A stretch of DNA of 64,000 nucleotides from Candidatus Brocadiia bacterium (GCA_050015075.1 JBEKCB010000007.1:64001-128000), one strand, 5' to 3'. Shown: positions 47,943 through 59,216, counted from the first letter of the stretch. Numbers and translations: made by a program. The notes: generated by a model not told the origin, from the letters alone.

Positions 47943-48026
47943 ATGGCTGATCTCCTGTACGTGGGAATCGTCATCGCGTTCTTCGCGGTCACCATCGTCG
48001 GCCTCAAGGCGCTCGACCGGATTTAG
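47943..48026 (+). CDS. 27-aa hydrophobic peptide upstream of kdpF
   Basis: MADLLYVGIVIAFFAVTIVGLKALDRI with AGGAG RBS; below the ORF-track cutoff. Confidence 0.75.
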   Translation: MADLLYVGIVIAFFAVTIVGLKALDRI

Positions 48027-48035
48027 GAAGAGACC

Positions 48036-48125
48036 ATGACCGCCATCCACGCCGTCTGCGGCGCCGTCGCGCTCGGGCTGCTCATCTACCTCTTCGTGGC
48101 GCTGCTGAAGCCGGAGAAATTCTGA
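48036..48125 (+). CDS. kdpF: K+-transporting ATPase subunit F
   Basis: MTAIHAVCGAVALGLLIYLFVALLKPEKF; TGATG overlap with kdpA. Confidence 0.92.
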   Translation: MTAIHAVCGAVALGLLIYLFVALLKPEKF

Positions 48126-49906
48126 TGACCGCCAATGCGTGGTTTCAGATCCTTCTCTACGTCGGCATATTGACCCTCCTCGCCATCCCGCTGGGCCTGT
48201 TCATGGCCAGCGTGTTCGAAGGCCGCGCCGGCCGGATGGAGAAAATCCTGCGCCCCGTCGAGCGCCTCCTGTACCGTCTCTGCGGCGTCCGCGCCGACGA
48301 GGAGATGAACTGGAAGCAGTACGCGGTGGCGATGCTGCTCTTCAACCTCTTCGGCTGCCTGCTCGTGTACGCCCTTCAGCGGATCCAGCTCTTCCTGCCG
48401 CTGAACCCGCACAAGCTCGGCGCCGTGTCGCCCGACTCGGCGTTCAACACCGCCGTGAGCTTCGCCAGCAACACGAACTGGCAGGACTACGGCGGCGAGT
48501 CCACGATGAGCTACCTGACGCAGATGCTGGCGCTCACCGTGCAGAATTTCGTCTCCGCCGCCACCGGCATCGCCGTCCTTGTCGCGCTGATCCGCGGGAT
48601 CGTGCGGAAGGAGACCGAGCACATCGGGAATTTCTGGACCGACCTGACGCGCAGCACGCTCTACGTCCTCATGCCGCTATCCATTGTGCTGGCGCTGGCG
48701 CTGGTCTGGCAGGGCGTGCCGCAGACGTTCGGCCCGTCGCGGACTGTGCCGTTCCTTCAGCCGACGCAGGACGACAAGGGCAAAGCGGTCGCCGAGCAGG
48801 CGCTGTCGGTCGGCCCGGTGGCCTCGCAGGTGGCCATCAAGCAACTGGGAACCAACGGCGGCGGCTTCTTCAACGCCAACTCCGCACACCCCTTCGAGAA
48901 CCCGACTCCGCTCTCCAACTTCCTGGAACTCCTGGCGATCCTCCTCATTCCGGCCGCGCTCTGTTTTACGTATGGAAAAATGGTCAAAGACATGCGCCAG
49001 GGCTTGGCCATTTTCGCGGCGATGATGGGCTTGTACCTCGTCTGCGCGATCGGGTGCGTGTGGGTCGAAGAGCGCGGCAACCCGATCCTGGCGAAGCTCG
49101 GCGTGGACCAGGCGCCGCACGACGGGGCATCGGCGCTCACGACGGCGGGCTCGAACAACGCCCTGTCCGGCGGGAACATGGAGGGCAAAGAGGTGCGCTT
49201 CGGCCCGGTCAATTCCGCCATCTGGGCCACCGCGACCACGGCGGCCTCGAACGGCTCGGTGAACTCGATGCACGACTCGTTCACGCCGCTCGGAGGGCTG
49301 ATCCCGATGTGGCTCATCAAGGTGGGCGAAGTCATCTTCGGCGGCGTAGGCTCGGGCCTGTACGGCATGCTGGCGTTCGTCATCGTCACGGTCTTCGTCG
49401 CCGGCCTGATGGTCGGCCGCACGCCGGAGTACCTCGGCAAGAAGATCGAAGCGAAAGAGATGAAGATGGCCTCGCTCGTCATCCTGATCGTCCCGCTGCT
49501 GGTCCTCATTGGCTCGGCCGCCGCCGCCGTCTGCGACGCCGGGACCAGCGGCCTGGGCAACCGCGGCCCGCACGGGCTCAGCGAAATTCTCTACGCGTAC
49601 GCCAGCACCTCCAACAACAACGGCAGCGCGTTCGCCGGGCTGAACGTCAACACGCCGTACTATAACCTGACCACGGGCCTGGCCATGCTGCTCGGGCGGT
49701 ACTGGCTGGCGGTGCCGATCCTGGCCATCGCCGGCTCGCTGGCGCGGAAGAAAATCGTCCCCGCCGGCGCGGGCACGCTCTCGACGCACACGCCGCTGTT
49801 CGTGGCGATGCTCGCCGGCGTCGTGGGGCTTGTCGGCGCGCTCTCCTTCATCCCGGCGTTGGCGCTGGGGCCCATCGCGGAATTTCTTCAGATGATCCGC
49901 TCATGA
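48125..49906 (+). CDS. kdpA: K+-transporting ATPase subunit A
   Basis: [35 protein letters not shown]. Confidence 0.97.
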   Translation: MTANAWFQILLYVGILTLLAIPLGLFMASVFEGRAGRMEKILRPVERLLYRLCGVRADEEMNWKQYAVAMLLFNLFGCLLVYALQRIQLFLPLNPHKLGAVSPDSAFNTAVSFASNTNWQDYGGESTMSYLTQMLALTVQNFVSAATGIAVLVALIRGIVRKETEHIGNFWTDLTRSTLYVLMPLSIVLALALVWQGVPQTFGPSRTVPFLQPTQDDKGKAVAEQALSVGPVASQVAIKQLGTNGGGFFNANSAHPFENPTPLSNFLELLAILLIPAALCFTYGKMVKDMRQGLAIFAAMMGLYLVCAIGCVWVEERGNPILAKLGVDQAPHDGASALTTAGSNNALSGGNMEGKEVRFGPVNSAIWATATTAASNGSVNSMHDSFTPLGGLIPMWLIKVGEVIFGGVGSGLYGMLAFVIVTVFVAGLMVGRTPEYLGKKIEAKEMKMASLVILIVPLLVLIGSAAAAVCDAGTSGLGNRGPHGLSEILYAYASTSNNNGSAFAGLNVNTPYYNLTTGLAMLLGRYWLAVPILAIAGSLARKKIVPAGAGTLSTHTPLFVAMLAGVVGLVGALSFIPALALGPIAEFLQMIRS

Positions 49907-51978
49907 GCGACAAGAAAACCGGAACGCGCCCGCTGTTCGACCCGCCGATCGTGAAACGGGCCGTGCTCGACTCGTTCCGCAAGCTCCATCCCGCGCTGCA
50001 AATCCACAACCCGGTCATGTTCACCGTGTTCATCGGCAGTGTGGTGACGCTGGCGCTCTTCGTCCAGGCGGTGCTGGGCAAGGGCGAGGCGGCGCCCGGA
50101 TTCATCCTCGCCGTCTCCGCCTGGCTGTGGCTGACGGTGCTGTTCTCGAACTTCGCCGAGGCGATGGCCGAGGGCCGCGGCAAGGCGCAGGCCGACACCC
50201 TGCGCAAGGCGCGGCGCGACATCCTGACGCGGAGACTCGCCGCGCCGAAGCGCGATGCCTTGTCGGTGCGCGTCGCCTCCGCCGACCTCCGCACCGGCGA
50301 CTTCGTGCTCGTCGAAGCCGGCGAATTCATCCCCGGCGACGGCGAAGTGGTCGAGGGCGTCGCCTCCGTGGACGAGAGCGCCATCACCGGCGAGAGCGCC
50401 CCGGTGATCCGCGAGAGCGGCGGCGACCGCAGCGCCGTCACCGGCGGCACCCGCGTCCTCTCCGACTGGCTGATCGTCCGCGTCACCGCGAATCCCGGCG
50501 AGAGCTTCCTCGACCGCATGATCTCCATGGTCGAGGGCGCCAAGCGCCAGAAGACCCCGAACGAGATCGCGCTGAACATCCTCCTCGCGGCGCTGACGAT
50601 CGTGTTCCTGGTCGTCTGCACCACGCTGCTGCCGTACTCCATCTACAGCGTCAAGGAAGCCGGGAAAGGCGTCGTGGTCAGCATCACGGTGCTCGTCGCG
50701 CTGTTCGTCTGCCTGGCGCCGACGACCATCGGCGCGCTGCTCTCGGCGATCGGCATCGCCGGCATGGACCGCCTGATCCAGGCGAACTGCATCGCGATGT
50801 CCGGCCGCGCGGTCGAAGCCGCCGGCGACGTGGACGTGCTGCTCCTCGACAAGACCGGCACGATCACGCTGGGCAACCGGCAGGCGACGGAGTTCATCCC
50901 GGCGCCGGGCGTCAACCTGCCGGAACTGGCCGACGCGGCGCAGTTCGCCTCGCTGGCCGACGAGACGCCCGAGGGCCGCAGCATCGTCGTGCTCGCCAAG
51001 GAGAAATACGGCCTGCGCGGGCGCGACATCCATCCGCTGGGCGCGGCGTTCGTCCCGTTCACCGCGCAGACGCGCATGAGCGGCGTCAACCTCGAAGGCC
51101 GCCAGATCCGCAAGGGCGCCGCGGAGGCCATCGAGGCGCACGTCCAGACCCTTGGCGGCGAATTCCCCGCCGGCGTGCAGGAGAAAGTCCGCGCCATCTC
51201 GCTCGAAGGCGGCACGCCGCTGGTGGTCTCGGAAGGCGCGCGGGTGCTGGGGGTCATCCGGCTCAAGGACGTCGTCAAGGGCGGCATCCGCGAGCGGTTC
51301 CTCGAACTGCGCCGCATGGGGATCAAGACGGTGATGATCACTGGCGACAACCCGCTGACGGCGGCTGCCATCGCGGCGGAGGCCGGGGTGGACGATTTCC
51401 TGGCCGAGGCCACGCCCGAGGCGAAGCTGAAGTACATCCGCGAATCGCAGGCCGGCGGCCGCATGGTCGCCATGACCGGCGACGGCACCAACGACGCGCC
51501 CGCGCTCGCCCAGGCCGACGTCGCCGTGGCGATGAACACCGGCACGCAGGCGGCCAAGGAAGCCGGAAACATCGTGGACCTCGACTCGAACCCGACGAAG
51601 CTCATCGAGATCGTGAGCATCGGCAAGCAGTTGCTGATGACGCGCGGCTCGCTGACGACGTTCAGCATCGCCAACGACGTGGCGAAGTATTTCGCCATCA
51701 TCCCGGCGGCCTTCGCCGCGACGTATCCCGCGCTCAACGCGCTCAACCTGATGCACCTGGCCACGCCGCAGAGCGCCATCCTCTCGGCGGTGATCTTCAA
51801 CGCGCTGATCATCGTCTTCCTCATCCCGCTGGCCCTGCGCGGCGTCAAGTACCGTCCCGTCGGCGCCGAGAAGCTCCTCCGGTTGAACCTGCTGATTTAC
51901 GGCCTCGGCGGCCTGGCGCTGCCATTCGTCGGCATCAAGTTGATTGACATGATTCTCGTTCTGCTGCGGGTCGCTTGA
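49903..51978 (+). CDS. kdpB: K+-transporting P-type ATPase subunit B
   Basis: [20 protein letters not shown]. Confidence 0.98.
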   Translation: MSDKKTGTRPLFDPPIVKRAVLDSFRKLHPALQIHNPVMFTVFIGSVVTLALFVQAVLGKGEAAPGFILAVSAWLWLTVLFSNFAEAMAEGRGKAQADTLRKARRDILTRRLAAPKRDALSVRVASADLRTGDFVLVEAGEFIPGDGEVVEGVASVDESAITGESAPVIRESGGDRSAVTGGTRVLSDWLIVRVTANPGESFLDRMISMVEGAKRQKTPNEIALNILLAALTIVFLVVCTTLLPYSIYSVKEAGKGVVVSITVLVALFVCLAPTTIGALLSAIGIAGMDRLIQANCIAMSGRAVEAAGDVDVLLLDKTGTITLGNRQATEFIPAPGVNLPELADAAQFASLADETPEGRSIVVLAKEKYGLRGRDIHPLGAAFVPFTAQTRMSGVNLEGRQIRKGAAEAIEAHVQTLGGEFPAGVQEKVRAISLEGGTPLVVSEGARVLGVIRLKDVVKGGIRERFLELRRMGIKTVMITGDNPLTAAAIAAEAGVDDFLAEATPEAKLKYIRESQAGGRMVAMTGDGTNDAPALAQADVAVAMNTGTQAAKEAGNIVDLDSNPTKLIEIVSIGKQLLMTRGSLTTFSIANDVAKYFAIIPAAFAATYPALNALNLMHLATPQSAILSAVIFNALIIVFLIPLALRGVKYRPVGAEKLLRLNLLIYGLGGLALPFVGIKLIDMILVLLRVA

Positions 51979-51988
51979 GGGAAAAGAC

Positions 51989-52606
51989 ATGTTCGCCGAA
52001 ATCCGCCGTCAAATCCGCCCGGCGCTCGTCGCGCTGGCCCTGTCCTCGGCGCTGCTGGGGCTGGTCTATCCGGCGGTCATCACCGCCATCGCCCGCACGC
52101 TCTTCCCCGGCGCGTCGCATGGCGCCCTCATTGAAAAGGACGGCCGCGCGCTGGGCTCCCGGCTCATCGGGCAGCCCTTCACGGACCCGAAGTATTTCTG
52201 GAGCCGGCCTTCGGCGACCACGCCCTTTCCGTACAACGCGGAATCCTCCAACGGCTCCAATCTCGGCCCGACCAACCCGGACCTGGCGAAGGCGGTCCGC
52301 GAGCGGATCGCCGCGTTGCGCGCCGCCGATCCGGGCAATTCGGCGCCCGTGCCGGCGGACCTCGTGACGGCCTCGGCCAGCGGGCTCGACCCGGACATCA
52401 CGCCGGCGGCGGCGGAGTTCCAGGTGCGGCGCGTCGCCCGCGCGCGGAAGCTCGACGAGAAGGAGGTCCGCGCCCTCGTCGCACGGTTCACCCAGGACCG
52501 CCAACTCGGCATCCTCGGCGAGGCGCGAGTGAACGTCCTCGAGCTGAATCTGGCTTTGGACGGGCGGATCCAGCAAGACCGCCTTAAGGAATCAAGCACA
52601 GATTGA
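51989..52606 (+). CDS. kdpC: K+-transporting ATPase subunit C
   Basis: [36 protein letters not shown]. Confidence 0.96.
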   Translation: MFAEIRRQIRPALVALALSSALLGLVYPAVITAIARTLFPGASHGALIEKDGRALGSRLIGQPFTDPKYFWSRPSATTPFPYNAESSNGSNLGPTNPDLAKAVRERIAALRAADPGNSAPVPADLVTASASGLDPDITPAAAEFQVRRVARARKLDEKEVRALVARFTQDRQLGILGEARVNVLELNLALDGRIQQDRLKESSTD

Positions 52607-52640
52607 CAAAGCATCTTTTGATGGCCATAATATCATCAAA
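52603..52640 (+). promoter_or_regulatory. sigma70 promoter with overlapping palindromic operator for vapBC
   Basis: TTGACA(52603)-17-CATAAT(52626); TTTGATG-N10-CATCAAA straddles the -10. Confidence 0.8.
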
Positions 52641-52656
52641 TAGGAGGGCCCGAATC

Positions 52657-52872
52657 ATGCGGCTCACAATTGATATTGACGAGAAGGTGCTTCGCGGCAT
52701 TCAAAAGGCAACGGGGAATCGTAAGCGCTCGCCGGCCGTCCGCGAGGCGCTTGTGCGGTATCTGCGCGAGCGGGAGAAGAGAGAGTTCTTGCGCAAAGTC
52801 CTCCGCGGCGAGACGGATTTCGGCATGACGAACGAAGAACTGGAGAAACTCGCGACCTATGATTCTGATTGA
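52657..52872 (+). CDS. vapB: VapB-type ribbon-helix-helix antitoxin
   Basis: MRLTIDIDEKVL...S.AVREAL; overlaps the PIN toxin start. Confidence 0.85.
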   Translation: MRLTIDIDEKVLRGIQKATGNRKRSPAVREALVRYLREREKREFLRKVLRGETDFGMTNEELEKLATYDSD

Positions 52873-53248
52873 CACATCGGCCTGGATTGAGTTCTTCCGG
52901 CGCAGCGGTAATGCCGCCATCAAGTCGCGCGTGGCCGGGTGGGTGGAAACGGGCGAGGCGGGTTTCTGCGGCCCCATCCTTTACGAACTAACACTTGGCG
53001 CGCGTCCGGCGGAGACGCATTTGATTCGAAAAGCCCTCGGGTTCTGCGGTTTCCTGGAGTTTCCGGCCGCCGCCTGGGAACTGGGAGCATCACTGGAAAG
53101 AGGGATGCGGCAGAATGGCGCCACGGTCCCCCGCGACGACATCCTCGTCGCAGCCGCTGCGCTGCACCATGATGTTCCCCTCTACTGTTGCGACAAGCAC
53201 TTCCAGTTCATAGCAAAGCACGCGGCGCCGAAGCTGCGATTGGTCTGA
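52859..53248 (+). CDS. vapC: VapC PIN-domain toxin
   Basis: MILIDTSAWI, EL..G, D.LVAA.AL, D.HF. Confidence 0.92.
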   Translation: MILIDTSAWIEFFRRSGNAAIKSRVAGWVETGEAGFCGPILYELTLGARPAETHLIRKALGFCGFLEFPAAAWELGASLERGMRQNGATVPRDDILVAAAALHHDVPLYCCDKHFQFIAKHAAPKLRLV

Positions 53249-53319
53249 TGTTTTTTCGTTCTTAGCGCTCTGCGCGAGAGTATTTCTTTCTTCATGCGAA
53301 CGTCAATGATGAGAAGGCG

Positions 53320-55971
53320 ATGGACCCGACCCGCGCCAATCCCGACGAACTGCTCAAGCAGGTCAAGGCGGAGGAGCAGCGGCAGCGACGCGGCAAGCTG
53401 AAGATCTTCTTCGGTGCGGCCGCCGGCGTCGGCAAGACCTACGCCATGCTCGAAGCGGCCCAGGCGCGCAAGACCGAAGGGCTGAACGTCGTCGTCGGGA
53501 TCGTCGAAACCCATGGGCGCACTGAGACCGAGACGCTCCTCAAGGGGCTCGAAATCCTGCCGCCGCGTTTCGTGGAGTACCGCGGCACGAAGCTGCGCGA
53601 GTTCGACCTCGACGCGGCCCTGGCGCGCAAGCCGGAGCTGATCCTCGTGGACGAACTGGCGCACACGAACGCGCCCGGCAGCCGCCATGCAAAGCGATGG
53701 GAGGACACCAACGATCTCCTCGACGCCGGGATCAACGTCTACACCACGCTCAACGTGCAGCACCTCGAAAGCCTCAACGACGTCGTCCAGCAGGTCACCG
53801 GCGTCGTCGTCCGCGAGACCGTCCCCGACTCCGTCGTCGAGCAGGCCGACGAGATCGAGCTGATTGACCTGCCGCCCGACGACCTGATCCGGCGCCTGAA
53901 AGAGGGAAAGATCTATCTTCCCGAGCAGGCGGGGTTCGCGGCCGACAACTTCTTCCGCAAGGGCAACCTCATCGCGCTGCGCGAGCTGGCGCTGCGCTCG
54001 ACCGCCGACCGCGTGAACCTGCAGGTGCGCGACTACCGCGAAGAGCAGGCGATCAGCCGCGTCTGGCGGACCTCCGAACGGCTCCTCGCCTGCGTCAGCC
54101 CCAGCCCGTTTTCCGCCCAACTGGTGCGCGCGGCGCGGCGGATGGCCGCCGGCCTGCACGCGGAATGGATTGCCATCACCGTCGAGCAGCCGAACCTCTC
54201 CGAGGCCGGCAAGGAGGCGCTGGCGGAGAACCTAAGCCTGGCGGAGCAACTCGGCGCCGAGACGGTGAGGGTGACCGGCACGGACGTGGTGAAAGAGGTC
54301 GTCGCCTACGCGCGCAAGCACAACGTCACCAAGATCATCGCCGGCAAGCCCGGCCCGCTCCGCCTTCACGAGCGGCTCTACGGCTCCTTCGTGGGCAACC
54401 TGATCCGCGCCAGCGGCGATATTGACGTTTACATCATCAAGGGCGAGCCGGAGCCGTTCGAGATCACGCGCGCGGTGCGCGTCGAAGCGCCCATCGAGTG
54501 GAGGCGGTACGCCTGGGCGGCGCTGACGGTGCTCGTCTGCACCCTGCTCGCCTGGGCCATGCGCAAGAAGTTCGATCCGTCAAACCTCGTGATGGTCTAT
54601 CTCCTCGGAGTCGCGCTCATCGCCGCGCGGATCGGGTCCGGGCCGGCCATCCTCTGTTCCATCCTGAGCGTCGTCGCCTTCGACTTCGCTTTCGTCAAAG
54701 TCTATTTCAGCGTCACGGTCGCCGACATCCAGCACCTGGTGTCGCTGGGCGTCATGCTCGTGGTGGCCCTGATCATCAGCTCGCTGACCTCGCGGCTGCA
54801 CGTGCAGGCGGAGGACGCCGGCGAACGCGAGCGCCGCACCGCCGCGCTCTACTCCATGAGCGGCCAACTGGCCAGCAACTGGGGCACGGCGAAGCTGCTC
54901 GACGTGGTCGTGCGCCACGTGGCGGAGGTCCTGCAGAGCGAGGTCGCCGCCCTGGTGCCGGACGAGACCGGCCGGCTGGTGATCCGGGCCGGAAACGATG
55001 CGGCCTTTCCGATGGACGCGCGCGAGCGCGGCGTGGCGCACTGGGTCTTCGACGTCGGCCGCGTCGCCGGCCTGGGGACCGACACCATGCCCGGCGCGGA
55101 GTGCCTTTACGTGCCGCTGAACGGCACGCGCGGCCCGGTCGGCGTGCTGGCTGTCCGGCCGCTCCACGCGGGCCGGCCGCTGACGCCGGACCTGCTTCAG
55201 CTTCTCGAGGCGTTCGGCACGCAGGGCGGCATGGCCGTCGAGAGCGACCGCTTCGCCGACGAGGCCCGAAAGGCACAACTGGAAGCGGGAGTGGAGAAGT
55301 CGCGCAACGCGCTTCTGAACTCCGTGTCGCACGACCTGCGGACGCCGCTCTCCGCCATCACTGGCGCCGCCAGCACGCTGCTGGAGCACGACGAGCAAAT
55401 GACGCCCGCCGCCCGCCGCGAGATGGCCGAGAGTATCAGCGAAGAGGCCGCCCATCTCAGCCGGCTGGTCACCAACCTGCTCGAAATGACGCGGCTGGAG
55501 TCCGGCGCCGCCAAGGTCAAGAAGGAGCCGTGCCCGATCGAGGAGGTCGTCGGCAGCGCCCTGACCCGAATGGAGAAGCAGTTGAGCGGGCATCCGGTGA
55601 CCACGCATATTCCCGCCGATCTGCCGCTGGTGCCGCTGGACGTAATCCTCACCGAGCACGTCTTCATCAACCTGCTGGAGAACGCGGCGAAATACACGCC
55701 CGCCGGCTCCCCGATCGAGATCTCCGCGACGGCGTCGGACCAGCAGGTGACCGTGGAGATCGCCGACCGCGGGCCGGGCATCAGCCCCGGCGACGAAAAG
55801 AAGATCTTCGAGAAGTTCTACCGCGGCAAGCTGGCCGGCAGCGCCTCGGGCGTCGGCCTGGGCCTGACCATCTGCCGCGCGGTCGTCGAGGCCCACGGCG
55901 GAAAAATCTGGGCGGAGAACCGCCCCGGCGGCGGCGCGTCGTTCCGGTTCACCCTGCCGCTGGCGACGTGA
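53320..55971 (+). CDS. kdpD: Sensor histidine kinase KdpD
   Basis: GKLKIFFGAAAGVGKTYAML, DELAHTN, Usp, 4 TM, GAF, SHDLRTPL. Confidence 0.97.
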   Translation: MDPTRANPDELLKQVKAEEQRQRRGKLKIFFGAAAGVGKTYAMLEAAQARKTEGLNVVVGIVETHGRTETETLLKGLEILPPRFVEYRGTKLREFDLDAALARKPELILVDELAHTNAPGSRHAKRWEDTNDLLDAGINVYTTLNVQHLESLNDVVQQVTGVVVRETVPDSVVEQADEIELIDLPPDDLIRRLKEGKIYLPEQAGFAADNFFRKGNLIALRELALRSTADRVNLQVRDYREEQAISRVWRTSERLLACVSPSPFSAQLVRAARRMAAGLHAEWIAITVEQPNLSEAGKEALAENLSLAEQLGAETVRVTGTDVVKEVVAYARKHNVTKIIAGKPGPLRLHERLYGSFVGNLIRASGDIDVYIIKGEPEPFEITRAVRVEAPIEWRRYAWAALTVLVCTLLAWAMRKKFDPSNLVMVYLLGVALIAARIGSGPAILCSILSVVAFDFAFVKVYFSVTVADIQHLVSLGVMLVVALIISSLTSRLHVQAEDAGERERRTAALYSMSGQLASNWGTAKLLDVVVRHVAEVLQSEVAALVPDETGRLVIRAGNDAAFPMDARERGVAHWVFDVGRVAGLGTDTMPGAECLYVPLNGTRGPVGVLAVRPLHAGRPLTPDLLQLLEAFGTQGGMAVESDRFADEARKAQLEAGVEKSRNALLNSVSHDLRTPLSAITGAASTLLEHDEQMTPAARREMAESISEEAAHLSRLVTNLLEMTRLESGAAKVKKEPCPIEEVVGSALTRMEKQLSGHPVTTHIPADLPLVPLDVILTEHVFINLLENAAKYTPAGSPIEISATASDQQVTVEIADRGPGISPGDEKKIFEKFYRGKLAGSASGVGLGLTICRAVVEAHGGKIWAENRPGGGASFRFTLPLAT

Positions 55972-56000
55972 CCGTCGGCGACTTGGGCAGGCCAGATCGA

Positions 56001-56082
56001 ATCGTCCTCGTCCTCGAACTGCTCGTTTCAACGGCCGAGGACAACGACGAGGACGAGGACGAGCAGGGCAACGAGGACGAGT
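56001..56082. repeat. REP-like tcgtcctcgtcctcg / cgaggacgaggacga inverted element (related copy at ~45743)
   Basis: Direct reading of the kdpD-kdpE intergenic region. Confidence 0.65.
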
Positions 56083-56096
56083 AGGGGCTAAGCCTT

Positions 56097-56792
56097 ATGG
56101 CGGAAAACGCCGCGAGCATTCTGATCATCGAGGACGAGCCGCCGATCGTCCGCTTCCTGCGGACGGCGCTCGGCGGCCACGGCTATTCGTTCCACGAGGC
56201 CGCGACCGGGCAGGAAGGCCTGTCGCTGGCCGCGAGTTGCCGGCCGGATATCCTGCTGCTGGACCTCGGCCTGCCGGACATGGACGGGCTCGAAGTGATC
56301 CATCGGCTGCGCGCATGGAGCGCTGTGCCGATCGTCATCATCTCCGCGCGCGGGCAGGAGAGCGACAAAGTCGCCGCGCTCGACGCCGGCGCCGACGATT
56401 ACCTGACGAAGCCGTTCGGCGTCCCGGAACTCATGGCGCGCATCCGCGCGGCGCTGCGGCACGCCGGGCGTGTGGGCGACGACGCCGAAAGCGCCGTCTT
56501 CGTCTCGGGCGATCTGAAGGTGGACCTGGCCGGCCATCTCGTCTCCCTGCGCAACAAGCCGGTCAGCCTGACGCCGATCGAGTTCCGCCTGCTGGCGCTG
56601 CTGGTGAAGCACGCCGGCAAAGTCGTCACGCAGCGCCAGTTGCTCAAGGAAGTCTGGGGGCCGCACCTGACGGACGAAACGACCTACCTGCGCGTCTTCG
56701 TGCACCAGTTGCGGCACAAGCTCGAAGGCAACCCCGCGCGCCCCAAGTACATCCTCACCGAGGCCGGCATCGGCTACCGGTTCCGGCTCTGA
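56097..56792 (+). CDS. kdpE: Response regulator KdpE
   Basis: OmpR family; LDLGLPDMDG, EVWG, YLRVFVHQLRHKLE.NPARP. Confidence 0.96.
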   Translation: MAENAASILIIEDEPPIVRFLRTALGGHGYSFHEAATGQEGLSLAASCRPDILLLDLGLPDMDGLEVIHRLRAWSAVPIVIISARGQESDKVAALDAGADDYLTKPFGVPELMARIRAALRHAGRVGDDAESAVFVSGDLKVDLAGHLVSLRNKPVSLTPIEFRLLALLVKHAGKVVTQRQLLKEVWGPHLTDETTYLRVFVHQLRHKLEGNPARPKYILTEAGIGYRFRL

Positions 56793-56938
56793 CCGCACAG
56801 CCGGTTCTTCACGCCGCTCGATTTGCGGCGCGCCGACGCGCGTTCTATAATCAGAGTACGTCGGCTTCGAGATTTCAACCAGCGGGCGGGCGATGACCTC
56901 GCTCGCTCTCTTTTTATAGGCATGCGTTCGCGCGACCG

Positions 56939-58174
56939 ATGGGCATTTCCTGGAAAAAGACTCTCTATTCGGTCTGCATCGCCCAGTTCATCGCGATGGT
57001 CGGCTTCGGGTTCGTGTTTCCGTTCATGGCCTTCTACCTCCACGACCTCGGCGTGCCGGCGGGGCCGCAGGCGGACAAATGGGCCGGCATCCTCGTGACG
57101 GCGATGGGGGTTCCCATGGCGATCTGCTCGCCGATCTGGGGCTGGCTCGCCGACCGGCATGGCCGCAAAAGCATGGTGCTCAGGGCCATGTTCGGCGGCG
57201 CGGTCACCGTGGCGCTGATGGCGTTCGTCCAGAATGTCCACCAGCTCTTCGTCCTGCGCATTCTCCAGGGCATCCTCACCGGCACCATCACGGCGAGCAT
57301 GGCAATGGTCGCCAGCGCGACTCCGACGGAACACTCCGGCTATGCGCTCGGCCTGGTCACTGTCTCCGCGAGCGGCGGCAACTTCATGGGCCCGTTGCTG
57401 GGCGGCTACGCGGCCAAATTCTTCGGCTACCGGCCCACCTTCATCATCGCCGGCGCGATCCTCGTGGTCGGCGGCTTCATCGTGACGTACGGCACGGAGG
57501 AGAAATTCGAGCGCCACGCCACCAGCCGGGCGGGCGTGACCCGCGCGTTCCTGCCGTTGCTGGCGATCGGATCGTTCCTCGTGCCGCTGCTGACGCTCTG
57601 CCTGATCACCTTTGCCGCGACCGCGCCCACGCCGATCTTCCCCTATTTCGTGCAGGACGTATCCGCGATGAACGACAAAGACGCCGCCGCGCTGACCGGT
57701 ATCATCATCTCGGTGGTCGGGATCGTCGAAACGCTCTCCGCGTGGATATTCGGCCGCTTCGGCGACCGGTGGGGGCACCGGCAAGTGCTCATGGCGGCGG
57801 TGGTCTGGGGCGGGATCATGGCGGGCCTGCAAGCTTACGCGCGGAACATTCCGCAGCTCATGACGTTCCGCATCCTGTTCGCGTTCGGGATGGCGGGGGT
57901 TTTCCCCACCGCCAGCGCCATCATCCGCAAGGTGGTGCCCGAGCACAGCCTGGGCAAGGCGTTCGGCCTCGTCGCCTCGCTGAACGCCCTGGGATGGGCG
58001 TTCGGCCCGCTCGCCGGCGCGTACCTCTCCGCGTACATGCGGGATTATCGGCCGACCTTTACGTTTTCCGGAGTCGCGCTATGCATCGTCGCGCTGCTTA
58101 TCGCTTGGCGCGTGAAGGAGCCGTCCGCGCCCGCCGAGAGAGTCCAGGCAAGCGCACCGGGCGCCGGGCCGTAA
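56939..58174 (+). CDS. MFS transporter (DHA1/MdtG-like)
   Basis: Motif A WG.LADRHGRK; 12 hydrophobic segments. Confidence 0.9.
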   Translation: MGISWKKTLYSVCIAQFIAMVGFGFVFPFMAFYLHDLGVPAGPQADKWAGILVTAMGVPMAICSPIWGWLADRHGRKSMVLRAMFGGAVTVALMAFVQNVHQLFVLRILQGILTGTITASMAMVASATPTEHSGYALGLVTVSASGGNFMGPLLGGYAAKFFGYRPTFIIAGAILVVGGFIVTYGTEEKFERHATSRAGVTRAFLPLLAIGSFLVPLLTLCLITFAATAPTPIFPYFVQDVSAMNDKDAAALTGIIISVVGIVETLSAWIFGRFGDRWGHRQVLMAAVVWGGIMAGLQAYARNIPQLMTFRILFAFGMAGVFPTASAIIRKVVPEHSLGKAFGLVASLNALGWAFGPLAGAYLSAYMRDYRPTFTFSGVALCIVALLIAWRVKEPSAPAERVQASAPGAGP

Positions 58175-58304
58175 GCAGCGGCCCCATGAGCGGCATATTA
58201 TGGAACGGAACGCTTTTGGAAGAGTAGTTGTGACCACGTGCTTCGGCGTATAATGTTTGAGAGGGTTTTGAAACACATTATCCCTTCCGGGACCGGAGGT
58301 GGCC

Positions 58305-59216
58305 ATGCCGACCGTTATTGAGAACGTCCAGAAAGAAGGTCACGACCTGCTGGTTCAGGTTGAGATTTTCCTGTATGTGCATTCCAACATTGAGTCCGGC
58401 CCTTCCAACGACCCAGGCCGTGCTCAGGCAGGGTCGGGATCATTTTGCAATTGGGGCAAACTCGAAGAGGTGGGATTGCAGGAACAGGCAAGGTTGCTTC
58501 AAAAGTCCGACGCTTTCTTTTCCGTGCTGGAAACGCTGCTCTCAGGCCGAACTGCGAGTTGCCGCAAAGAGGTGGAGACGGCGAGCGCGGAATTCCATGA
58601 ACTCATCGCACAAGAAAAACGGTGCCCGTATAAGAGCGCTGATTCCGCCGTGCTGGCGGCCAAGAAGGCAATGCAGGTCGCCTTGAGCTGCCTGGCTCGA
58701 CTCTACGACGGGAAGGGCGGCGAAGTGTGCTTCGTTCCCGACACAAACGCCTTGCTTTACAACACGCAGCTCGATGCGTGGCAATTCGACCGCGTCCCAA
58801 CGTTCACGGTTGTCCTGACCCCCGCAGTCCTTTCTGAACTCGAGGACCTCAAAGTGCGGGGAAGTGACAGGAATAAGCCGAAGGCCGAAAACCTGGTGCG
58901 GCAAATAGAGGAGTATGCCGGCAGAGGCAACCTGAGCGAAGGCGTAACTCTCGCCGAGGGCAGGAGCGTGGTGCGCTCGCTGGCGACAGAACCCGACATG
59001 GCCCATACGCTGTCGTGGCTTGACGCCGGCAGTAAGGACGACAGGTTCATCGCTTCCTTTCTCGAAGTGATGCGGCATCATCCCTGCTGCGAAGTGTTTC
59101 TGGTGAGCCGGGACGACAACGTCCGCAACAAAGCGAACTTTGCCTCGCTTCCGGTCATCGCCCCGCCAGACCCTCCTGCCCAACAAGGTCTTAGACTTCG
59201 CCCGAGACAGGGCTGA
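58305..59216 (+). CDS. Protein with C-terminal PIN (PIN_4/PhoH-SMG6-like) nuclease domain
   Basis: VPDTNALL, PAVLSELEDLK, DDRFIA, LVSRD.NVR.KA; GGAGG RBS. Confidence 0.8.
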   Translation: MPTVIENVQKEGHDLLVQVEIFLYVHSNIESGPSNDPGRAQAGSGSFCNWGKLEEVGLQEQARLLQKSDAFFSVLETLLSGRTASCRKEVETASAEFHELIAQEKRCPYKSADSAVLAAKKAMQVALSCLARLYDGKGGEVCFVPDTNALLYNTQLDAWQFDRVPTFTVVLTPAVLSELEDLKVRGSDRNKPKAENLVRQIEEYAGRGNLSEGVTLAEGRSVVRSLATEPDMAHTLSWLDAGSKDDRFIASFLEVMRHHPCCEVFLVSRDDNVRNKANFASLPVIAPPDPPAQQGLRLRPRQG

